From Octopus sinensis (Eukaryota): a stretch of 30,574 bases of DNA. Below are positions 10,105 through 20,139 of this stretch, piece by piece. The stretch lies in contig NW_021832517.1 of assembly GCF_006345805.1 (NCBI RefSeq), forward strand, positions 1 to 30,574, written 5' to 3'. How positions within the stretch are numbered: position 1 is the first letter of the stretch; every line of letters starts with the position of its first letter. A model generated the notes under the pieces. The model was not told the origin of the DNA. It was given only the letters and a program-made list of their open reading frames with translations, and searched no databases. A program made the position numbers and the translations under genes.

Positions 10105-10196
10105 GTTTTTAGTACGATCGTTTCATACAAGGACAGGTTTTATTAAAAGTGCAAAATTACAGCATATAAACGAGTCCCTACTCATCAGCTAAAAAC
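10105..10196 (-). ncRNA. Type I hammerhead ribozyme motif (palindromic stem III, extended stem II)
   Basis: On -: GUUUUUAG (10196-10189), CUGAUGA (10188-10182), GUAGGGAC...GUCCUUGUAU (stem II), GAAA (10124-10121), CGAUCG, UA (10114-10113), CUAAAAAC (10112-10105). Stem I is a perfect 8-bp helix, the core nucleotides are all present, and the cleavage triplet is GUA. Confidence 0.8.
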
Positions 10197-10406
10197 ATGT
10201 AAGTTCTCTAGACATCCTAGTGTTTGAGGCTATACTCATGAAGTAATGTAGATAATTAAACAGATTTCTAAAGTTCATTAAAGTTCCTTAAGATGATGTA
10301 TAGCCTTATCACAGAATTTTAAAAAAGTTTTGATAGCATCACAGAGAAGGTGACCTAATCCATATGAATTTCCATAGATATATATATATACATATATATA
10401 TATATA

Positions 10407-10440
<34 letters not shown>

Positions 10441-10441
<1 letters not shown>

Positions 10442-10765
10442 AGGGTGACCATGACCATGGGACTGTACCAAGAAAGTTCCCCTGCGAGGCATAAATCCGG
10501 ACAAGGTTGTTTATGGAAGACCAGCAGTCACCCGTACATACCAATCTCCCCTCTCCACGCCACTGATGTTCTCCAAGGCAGAGGCAAAGGCCGGCACAGC
10601 TTGGCACCTGTGACGTCGCAACTCATTTCCACAGCCCAGAGAACTGGAGCAATGTAAAATAAACTGTTTTGCTCAAGAACAAAGCACACAACTCGGTCTG
10701 GGAATCGAAGTCACTACCTCATGATTGTGAGCCCGACACTCTTACCACTAAGCCGTGCGCCCTTA
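10441..10765 (-). mobile_element. tRNA-derived SINE, family E (C-type head + CORE-like region, different 3' body)
   Basis: On -: gcgcacggcttagtggtaagagtg...cttcgattcccagaccg...gttcttgagcaaaac, shared with 4003-4269, followed by an unrelated 3' body. Confidence 0.75.
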
Positions 10766-10851
10766 AACACACACACACACACACACAGACACATACACAC
10801 ACACAGACACACACACACGCACGCGCACACGCACACACACATATCTATATG

Positions 10852-11066
10852 GGCACACTCAAACAACCATATACACTACCGTCTGGAGACCTACTTGAAC
10901 CATCGGATAATATCAGGGACTTAGGTGTAACTGTCGACAGCAACCTTAGCTGGAGTGTGCACATCAACAAAAAAGCCGATGTTGCCTGCAGAATGTGCTC
11001 ATGGATCCTCAGAACTTTCCAATCTAGGGATCATGAAACCATCATCCTTCTCTTCTCGACATTCGC
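10852..11066 (+). mobile_element. CR1/L2-group LINE ORF2 fragment
   Basis: Open reading YTLPSGDLLEPSDNIRDLGVTVDSNLSWSVHINKKADVACRMCSWILRTFQSRDHETIILLF, with the RDLGV..DS.LSW..HI and WILRTF motifs. Covers the same ORF2 region as 6140-6410. Confidence 0.85.
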
Positions 11067-11265
11067 TTTTTTCTCCTAGTCTTGGAGTCACAATCTTTAC
11101 CCCGAACAAAAAAGTTTTTAAAAATATTGAGTCAATGATGACAAATGTCTTTTATTGAGTATTATTAGCTGTGATTATAATTGTATTAATGTATATTTAT
11201 GCAGATTACTGTCTGTATTATAATACTAAGACCAACGCTTTAAATAATGTGTAGTTATGACAAAG

Positions 11266-11642
11266 TGGAGGCGCAATGGCCCAGTTGTTAGGGCAGCGGA
11301 CTCGCGGTCGTAGGATCGCGGTTTCGATTCCCAGACCGGGCATTGTGAGTGTTTATTGAGCGAAAACACCTAAAAAAGCTCCACGAGGCTCCGGCAGGGG
11401 GTGGTGGTGAACCCTGCTGTACTCTTTCACCACAACTTTCTCTCACTCTTTCTTCCTGTTTCTGTTGTACCTGTACTTCAAAGGGCCAGCCTTGTCACGC
11501 TGAATCTCCTCGAGAACTACGTTAAGGGTACACGTGTCTGTGGAGTGCTCAGCCACTTGCACGTTAATTCCACGAGCAAGCTGTTCCGTTGATCGTATCA
11601 GCTGGGACCCTCATCGTCGTAACCGACGGAGTGCTAGAAGAA
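11266..11642 (+). mobile_element. Full-length SINE family A (subfamily A2)
   Basis: A and B boxes present. 11-bp TSD ttatgacaaag at 11255-11265 and 11643-11653. Has a 12-bp internal deletion between tgtcac direct repeats. Confidence 0.93.
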
Positions 11643-12111
11643 TTATGACAAAGGAGATACATAGTAAGTATTTGAAATTTTAAAATATAATCAGAAATTT
11701 ACGAGTAGAGATTGTAGAAATAGGAAAGATATAGTTTGACTATTGCTAAAGCTTTCTAAGATTGGCTACATTTGACACGAAATACTATAAAGCATCTGAT
11801 ATTTTTATGTAATTTTCGTTGAATATTCTGTGGTATCCATGTTGCTGGAGGAAATACTTAATTTGGAGATTAAAAAGGTACTTACTAGATTGGTCAGATT
11901 GCTGCGCAGTTATACCGTGAATTAAATAATACTGTGTGTCATTTTTCTCTTCTTAGTACATGATTATTGCCTATATATTGTGCTATGTATTTTAATACAT
12001 ATACTTGTACATGATTTGTACGTGTTTTATCAGTATGTTAAAACTGACAAAAGTACCTTATGTTAAATTCATATTATTCTTTTAAAAACACTCATTAATC
12101 CTTTTGTTCAC

Positions 12112-12735
12112 TTTTAGCATTATTTCGTGACAGTTTCTGCGCTCTGAGTTCTAATACCTATTTCTTTATTATCCACAAGGGGCTAAACATAGAGGGGACA
12201 AACAAGGACAGACATAGGTATTAAGTCGATTACATCGACCCCAGTGCGTAACTGGTACTTAATTTATCGACCCGGAAAGGATGAAAGGCAAAGTCGACCT
12301 CGGCGGAATTTGAACTCACAACGTAACGGCAGACATATACCGCTAAGCATTTCGCCCGGCGTGCTAACGTCTCTGCCAGCTCGCCGCCTTGTTCTGTGTT
12401 CTAATACCTATTTCTTTATTACCCACAAGGGGCTAACATAGAGGGGACAAACAAGGACTGACATAGGTATTAAGTCGATTACATCGACCCCAGTGCGTAA
12501 CTGGTACTTAATTTATCGACCCCGAAAGGATGAAAGGCAAAGTCGACCTCGGCGGAATTTGAACTCACAACGTAACGGCAGACGAAATACCGCTAAGTAT
12601 TTCGCCCGGCATGCTAACGTCTCTGCCAGCTCACCGCTTTGTTCTGAGTTCTAATACCGTAGAAGTAACAGTCGCCTTTCATCCTATCGGGATCGATAAA
12701 TAAAGTATCATTCATTCTAGTACTTCGGTCGATTT
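12112..12735 (+). mobile_element. Old SINE family D copy, interrupted by the younger antisense tandem pair
   Basis: Joining 12112-12158 to 12659-12735 gives tagcattatttcg...ctgagttctaataccg...gcctttcatcctatcgggatcgataaataaagtatc, which matches the family D consensus. Confidence 0.7.
12159..12642 (-). mobile_element. Two tandem full-length family D SINEs (12159-12392 and 12409-12642), tail variant 2
   Basis: 250-bp period. The 16-bp spacer/TSD tctgagttctaatacc occurs at 12143-12158, 12393-12408 (one mismatch) and 12643-12658. The two copies differ at roughly 10 positions. Confidence 0.93.
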
Positions 12736-12762
12736 TACTCTCTCTCCCTTCATTTCTCCACC

Positions 12763-12793
<31 letters not shown>

Positions 12794-13065
12794 GAGTTGT
12801 ACTTAAAAAACGAAGGTCCGTTCCTTGTCACTCTTATTCTTCCTAGAATTATGTTAAAAGTTCAGCTGTTTGTGGAATATTCAGCTACGTACGCGTTAGT
12901 TTCCCGTGTAGAAATTTAGTTTGTCCAACAAATGAATGCTCATCGTAGAAAACCGACTGAGAACCCATCAGGTATACTACGAAATTCTCAAAGCTTTGAC
13001 TGTTAAATGTATGATTTGATCACTAGCGTAATTCCTCTGCATTCATTGGACATTCTGGAAAATAC

Positions 13066-13204
13066 ATGTGTGTGTGTGTGTGTGTGTGCGTGTGTATGAG
13101 CATGTGCGTGTGTGTGTAGGTGTGTATGTGTGTTTGTGTGAGCTTGTGTTCGGTATGGTGTTGGTGTGAATTTACGTATATGATTTGAGGAAATGCCATA
13201 AATG

Positions 13205-13241
<37 letters not shown>

Positions 13242-13367
13242 TACACACACATACACACACACACACACACACGCACATACAAACACGCGCACACATACAG
13301 AGAAAGAAAAAGAATGATAGACACACAGACAGACAGATAGATAGATAGATAAACGCATCATACATAC

Positions 13368-13407
<40 letters not shown>

Positions 13408-13620
13408 TTTGTGTGTGTGTATGCGTGTCTATATATGTATATATATATATATACATATATACACATACACACAAATACAGTCGCACATATCCATATATAC
13501 TATATGTACGTATATACTACATTATGTATAGTATATACGTATATACTAAGTACGTATACACAGTATACTTATATGTGTTTATATGTATGTATACGTCTGT
13601 AATTCTATGTATATATGTAT
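13066..13620. repeat. Mixed (TG)/(CA)/(TA)/(GATA) microsatellite region
   Basis: Read directly. Confidence 0.9.
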
Positions 13621-13910
13621 TCAGTTGTGGTTGTAGAAGTGTCAATGTCTGATGCTTATTTCAAGCAAGGAGTCTTCGTCCAATCTGGTGGCCAGTTGAA
13701 ATGGCTCTGACGACACACCATAATTGCTACTTTTAGTAAGACTTTGGCACCCATTTAATATTGATGCGCGCCACTCAGAGTAATTATTACTCTCGGCGAA
13801 ATGTTCCTCAACTTTTATGTCCGTTCTTATATTGCTGTGCCACTCTCTCACAAATAGCCAAACCGGGGACACTGTATATGGATGCTAGACATGCTAGAAT
13901 TAACAGTCAA

Positions 13911-13926
13911 CTCTCTCTCTCTCTCT

Positions 13927-13972
<46 letters not shown>

Positions 13973-13988
13973 ACTCTCTCACTCTCTC

Positions 13989-14024
<36 letters not shown>

Positions 14025-14077
14025 CTCTCTATCTCTCTCTTTGTCTCTTTCATTTTCTCTTTCTCTGTCTCTCTCGA

Positions 14078-14119
<42 letters not shown>

Positions 14120-14318
14120 CCTCTCTCTCTCTCTCTTCCTCTCTCTTTGTCTCTCTGATATCATCCTACAGTCTTTTCTCCCTCCTTTTCTCCTCCCTTC
14201 TCTCTCTTTCTCTCTTTCTCTCGTGTCTCATCTCTCTCTCTCTGTCTCTGTATTTGTCTTTTTTTCTCTCTTCCTCTCTCTCTCTCTCTCTCTCTCTCTC
14301 ATCCTCTCTTTCTTTCTC
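13911..14318. repeat. Interrupted (CT)n polypyrimidine tract, ~400 bp
   Basis: Read directly. It explains the LS-repeat ORFs. Confidence 0.95.
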
Positions 14319-14762
14319 TAATAACATCCTACAGAGACACATTGAATAATAGTGACCCTTCTCGCCATACGTGTAAATAAAAGATGGAGTTGTCACGGAT
14401 GGAATTTTCTTCTTTTATTTTATTTATCTAGTTTGCATTATAGTTCTACTTTGACCTGATTCTAAACAAGTGCCAGTTATGTGTTGAGGTCAAACCTTCA
14501 ACCCAAATTAGTGATATCGGGTCATCTGTAAAACAGCGAATTGGTAAAGATCAATAAAGCGTTAAACAGAATGCGAGTTCTAATCCTTTCGAAGTCAACA
14601 TTGTTTTCCAATCTTCTAGGATCCGTAAAATAAAGTACCAGTAAAATACTGGTGTCTGTTTAATTGTAGCATCTCCTCTTCCTTAAAACGTGATTTTGAG
14701 GTCATATCAGTAAAAGAGAGTAACCAGGTAGTTGAACTGTATTTAGTTAAGTCCCTTTTAAT

Positions 14763-15042
14763 CCGGGGTTCTTAAAACCACTGTTTTGCCTATGGACACC
14801 TTTGACACCTATTTTACTTTATTGGAGCTCCCTAACCATTCGATGTGTGTGTGTGTTTGTGTGTGTGTGTGTGATTAAATTCTATAATATTTTTATTATT
14901 ACATATAAGGAATTGTATTTTTTTTAAAATTAGATTATTTTGTGTATTGTAGAATTATAAGCAATTTATTTCACATAAATTTTAACAAAAAATTTTATAT
15001 TGACCCCCCAAGGACCATAAGGATTCTGGATGAGAACTTCTG
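14763..15042. mobile_element. hAT (Charlie-like) MITE, diverged
   Basis: Decayed TIRs ccggggttcttaa and ggatgagaacttctg resemble CAGTGGTTCTCAACC. The 8-bp flanks cttttaat and cttcaaat match at 6/8. The 5' interior (tatggacacctttga...ccattcgatg) is shared with 15642-15989. Confidence 0.6.
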
Positions 15043-15641
15043 CTTCAAATTTTATGATCAAAGCTCGCCTTTTATTATTTTGAGATTGATAAAATTAAGT
15101 ATTAGTCAAGTACTATGGTCAGTATAATCGACTGTGCCTTCCACCCAAATTTAGTGACCATGTAACATGTTGGAAACCATTATTACTCATTTCTTTGATG
15201 CATATACCAAAAATAAGGGAAGACTTAATTGCGAAGGTTTTCACCACACAAGTGTAACCTATCAACATAAATACTATGGGCAGAAAGTATTTATTTTCGT
15301 CACACTACTATAATCTATCATAAAATAATATAGGCACACAGTTAACGTTGCAATCGTAAGAGTTGTTATTGCTAATCCAACGATGCTAACTTCGTTGCAA
15401 TCTTCCGTTACTGAATGTTGTGTTCCGAGGACTTGAGAATTGTGTCTCTCTCTTCAAGCAGTGTAAAATATGCCACATTCCTCTTTAGCCAGTATTCTCA
15501 GACCAGTGGCGTTGTATCTAAAATGCCGAAAAGAAGACATCGCTATACCTTACTGAATGAAACTATCGTACAAGAAAGACTACGGCAATGTGATGGCAGT
15601 TTCTTCATGTCTAAAGATCATAAGGAAGTAACTATTTTAAC

Positions 15642-15989
15642 CAGGGTGTTTCAACCCTTTTTATCTGTAGACCCCTTTGATTATTATTTTATTCTGGCTC
15701 CCCTCCATAGTCATTCGATGTTTAAAAACATAGTTTTATAGAAACATCTTTCAAAATTCCTATTTTGTTTCTCACACATTCCTTTGTGTAGGTTGACCTA
15801 TGTAATGCGTTACAGAAAGACCTAGCTGTTTCTTGCAAAACATACCAATACATACATCTAAAGCAACATTTTTTCAGGGCCCCTTAAAATACTATTGAGA
15901 ATACCTAATTCAATATTTTGTTGCGTGGACCACCCAAAAATCTTATATAGACCCTCAGGGGCCATATGGACCCCGGTTGAGAACCACTA
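15642..15989. mobile_element. hAT (Charlie-like) MITE
   Basis: TIRs cagggtgtttcaacc (15642-15656) and ggttgagaaccacta (15975-15989). The 8-bp flanks attttaac and atttaaat match at 6/8. No coding capacity. Confidence 0.7.
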
Positions 15990-16567
15990 ATTTAAATTGA
16001 TTCTTGACGCTGAAGGACTTTTCTTCTTTCCTGCCATTAGTTAGTTTTAAAGCGAGAGTCAATCTGTTCGATCCAATCCCACCCTTTAGACTTGGAGGTT
16101 TGGCCTCAATGGTTAGCGGGCTAAGACGGCTGCGGTGACTTGGGACCTATAAGTTTTACGCTGGAGTGACCTTCACTTAGGTGTATTGCTTTATAGGCCT
16201 GGTGTGTGTGTGGGGGGGGGGGGCTCCATCTACTTTGAAGTTACTGGAAGGTTGTCAAAGGGGGCACCGGACCGCCTGAAAGAGTCCACTCTGATTTGCT
16301 GTCCAGGTTGACTCCCTTCGCCTATTCCTTTCCCAAAGTGCTCACACGACGGTGAGGGTTTGTGCTTGGGGTTTCTTCCAGAACATGCTAGTTGATATAT
16401 AACTGGAACCCTAACAGGTGCTACTATTTCGGGTCAGAATAAACCTGGGAGTAACAGGGGCCAAGAGGTGGTTTCTCATTCCTCAAAAGCCTGGAAATCC
16501 CAGCCAGGGACTTACTACCGGGTGCAGAAATCGCTAAGTACACAACATAGAATTATCTTCTTAGGGG

Positions 16568-17102
16568 CATATATATATATATATATATATATATAAACAC
16601 ACAAATACACACACACACACACACACACACACAGATACATACATACACACACAGATGCATACATACATACATACATACATACATACATACATACATACAT
16701 ACATACATACATACATACATACATACATACTTACATACATACATAATACATACATACACGCATGCATACATACATACACACACACATACATACATACATA
16801 CATACTTACATACATATATACATACATACACACACACACATACATACATACATACTTACATACATACATACATACATACACACAGATACATACATACATA
16901 CATACACACATACATACATAATATATACATACATACATACATACACACACACAGATACATACTTATATACATACATACATACATGCATACATACATACAC
17001 ACATACATACATACATACATACATACATACATACATACACACATACATACATACAAACATACATACATGCATACATACACACACAGATACATACAAACAT
17101 AC

Positions 17103-17133
<31 letters not shown>

Positions 17134-17280
17134 CATACATACGTACATACATACACACACATACATACATACACACACATACATACATACACACACATAC
17201 ATACATACATACATACATACATACATACTACATACATACATACATACATACATACATACATACATACATACATACATACA
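16568..17280. repeat. Long (CATA)n tetranucleotide microsatellite, continuing at 17671-17701 beyond a SINE insertion
   Basis: Read directly. It explains the HTYI and MYVC ORFs. Confidence 0.97.
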
Positions 17281-17670
17281 TTTTTAGGAGCACTCCGTCG
17301 GTTACGACGATGAGGGTCCCAGCTGATACGATCAACGGAACAGCTTGCTCGTGGAATTAACGTGCAAGTGGCTGAGCACTCCACAGACACGTGTACCCTT
17401 AACGTAGTTCTCGAGGAGATTCAGCGTGACACAGAGTGTGACAAGGCTGGCCCTTTGGAATACAGGTACAACAGAAACAGGAAGAAAGAGTGAGAGAAAT
17501 TTGTGGTGAAAGAGTACAGCAAGGTTCACCACCATCCCCTGCCGGAGCCTCGTGGACCTTTAGGTGTTTTTCGCTCAATAAACACTCACAACGCCCGGTC
17601 TGGGAATCGAAACCTCGATCCTACGACCGCGAGTCCGCTGCCCTAACCACTGGGCCATTACGCCTCCACT
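17281..17670 (-). mobile_element. Full-length SINE family A (subfamily A2) inserted in the (CATA)n array
   Basis: Reverse complement of 11266-11642 with the same diagnostic positions. (CATA)n lies on both sides. Confidence 0.93.
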
Positions 17671-18362
17671 ATACATACATACATACATACATACATACAT
17701 ACAACAGACAGAAAACATGGGTGATAAACCAAAAGCAAAACGAGATGAATAAACAACAATACGACGCACAAACAAGCAGAATGTCAAAGAAAAATACGAA
17801 CGGTCACACAGACAGACAAGCAGGCAGACAGACAGACAGACAATGGAACGCTCATTCCGTTTCTGACTAAACCAGAAATATTTTATCTTCTACGACAGCC
17901 ACAAGTTTTCTCAGCCTCACTTACTCCTCCTCCTCCTCCTTCCTCCTCCTCTACCCTCTATCCTCTTAAAATGTCTACAATGTGTTTCTTTATTCGAAAC
18001 CGTTCTCTCTTTTTTCCTTTACTTTTCTTTTTGTTTTCTTCTTACAATGCGTGTTAATCCACACACCCACCATCACCAACCTTCCCACCACTACTACCAC
18101 CACCACCAACACCTTCAACAACACCAACACCACCACCATTGCTGTGTTGCTTTCACCTTCGCATTAACACACTTCTCACCGAGTTTCCTAGTAATTCATC
18201 ACATCACATTTCTTCATCGTCATCATCATCACACTTCATCATTGTCATCGTGCTCTTATAATACGCGTGTGCATGTATACGTGTGTATATGCATGTGTGT
18301 GTGTGTCTGTGTGTACGTATATGTAAATACATAAGTAAATATATATATATATATGTATTCAT

Positions 18363-18413
<51 letters not shown>

Positions 18414-18419
18414 TGTGTT

Positions 18420-18624
18420 TGTGTTTGTGTGTCTGTGTTTGTCCCCTCCAGCATCGCGTGACAACCGATGCTGGTGTGTTTACGTCGTCGTAACTAAGCA
18501 GTTCGGCAAAAGTGACCGATAGAATAAGTACTAGGCAGATAGAAGAAGTCCTGGGGTCGATTTGCTCGACTAAAGGCGGTGCTCCAGCATGGGCACAGTC
18601 AAATGACTGAAACAAGTAAAAGAG
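18420..18624 (+). mobile_element. SINE family B, 3' half starting at a (TG)n tract
   Basis: tgtttgtcccc...gacaaccgatgctggtgtgtttacg...gatagaataagtactagg...aaggcggtgctccagcatgg...gaaacaagtaaaagag. Confidence 0.88.
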
Positions 18625-18984
18625 CAAGCGTTTCAGCTCAAAGGTTGTAGCCACGTTAGAATATCACCTTTTGAATGACCATTTCTGTGTGTATGTCTTT
18701 TGGTAAAAGAGAGAGTTTGTTATTTCTGCCCTCGTTTGAGTTTCTTGCTGTGATGTAGGTTCATCAGGGATCTTGGACAGCAGAAGCTCTCAGGTTGTTT
18801 CTTGAAAACTTCTACTCACCACTCTGGCAAAACATTAAATAGCTGTGGGCGTTTGAATCCCGAGCTATTGCAGCATTTAGTCTTCATTCTAGACGGGATA
18901 CGCGGGACATTTTGAAACAGTGTAAATTCTACGGGAGCAGAGGAATATATTCAGTTACTTCTCATCTAGAAACATTCATAACCG

Positions 18985-19918
18985 CCACCACCACCACCAC
19001 CACCACCACCACCACCACCCCATCACCACCACCACCACCATCACCACCACCACCACCACCACCACCACCACACCACCACAACCACACCACCACCACCGCC
19101 GCCACCACCACCACCACCACCACCACCACCACTACCAAAAAACCCACGATTTAAAATGTTTTCAGACGCTCAACCAGCAACAAACAACAGCTAAATCTTA
19201 AAGTTAATCATCATGGTTTCAAATTTTGGCACAAGGCCAGCAATTTCAGGGCTGGGGTAAGTCGATTACATTAACCCCAGGGCTCAGCTGGTACTTATTT
19301 TATCGACCCTAATGGTTAAGGCCTTTAACTCTTAAATATTTTGTAAAATTTCATATAAACGCGCTTTCATTACCACCACCATCATTCCTATCAGATACCA
19401 CTGCGACCATTAATACCATCCTTATAATTCCTACAAATACCACCACCACCACCACCACTACCACTACCATCGCCATGACTATAACTCCAACCACTAACAC
19501 CACCACCATCACTATCTCTCCTACTAACAGCAACAACTCTCTCTCTCTCTCTCTCTCTCTCTATTTATCTATCTATCTTCCTCTATTCCTTCTCTCTCTC
19601 ACCACCATCATTATCTTTACCATCACTATCACTCCCCTCCCCTATGAAGTGCTAGACGCTATGTACTAACCTACACACCGCTACAACACACTTCCAATCA
19701 ACACCACCACCACTACCGTCACCACCACCACCACCACCACCACCACCACCACCACCAAAACTACCAGCACTACCACCACCGCCACCGCCGCTACCGCATT
19801 TATGTCGTAAATAAAGGTGAGCTGACATGACAGAAGAGAATAATCGTAAATTCCAATAAAACGACTTCACGGCATAGAAAGGCGACAACAACAACAACAA
19901 AAACAACAACTACAACTT

Positions 19919-19964
<46 letters not shown>

Positions 19965-20137
19965 CACCATCATCTTCACCGCTACCACCACTACTACTAT
20001 AGCAGCATCACAAAGCCGGCTACACAACTCCAGGATCATTAGAACAACTATAACAACAATAACAACAACAGCAACCACTAAACAACACAATAACGACATC
20101 TCGTTCAACACAACAACGCATCATTAACAACTACAAC
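18985..20137. repeat. Cluster of (CAC)n, (TAC)n and (AAC)n trinucleotide tracts
   Basis: Read directly, mainly at 18985-19137, 19370-19520 and 19700-20137. Confidence 0.9.
19211..19318 (-). mobile_element. SINE family D 3' fragment, tail variant 1
   Basis: tggtttcaaattttggcacaaggccagcaattt...taagtcgattaca...ctggtacttattttatcgacc. Confidence 0.7.
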
Positions 20138-20139
20138 AA

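Noticed and set aside
11266-11340. tRNA gene calls for SINE heads (here and in families B-E)
   Set aside because: They have A and B boxes but no complete cloverleaf, and they continue into SINE bodies with TSDs.
12143-12658. CRISPR-like repeat-spacer array (three 16-bp repeats)
   Set aside because: The spacers are two near-identical 234-bp SINEs in a eukaryotic context, so the repeats are TSDs.
13642-13872. 76-aa - strand ORF and a + strand QGVFV peptide as a possible next PDZ exon
   Set aside because: No matching acceptor and donor pair in phase 0, and the similarity is too weak.
15415-15741. 108-aa ORF
   Set aside because: It runs into a MITE and has no recognisable domain.
16100-16510. 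GC-richer stretch possibly made of old repeat fragments
   Set aside because: I could not assign a family or boundaries from this window alone.
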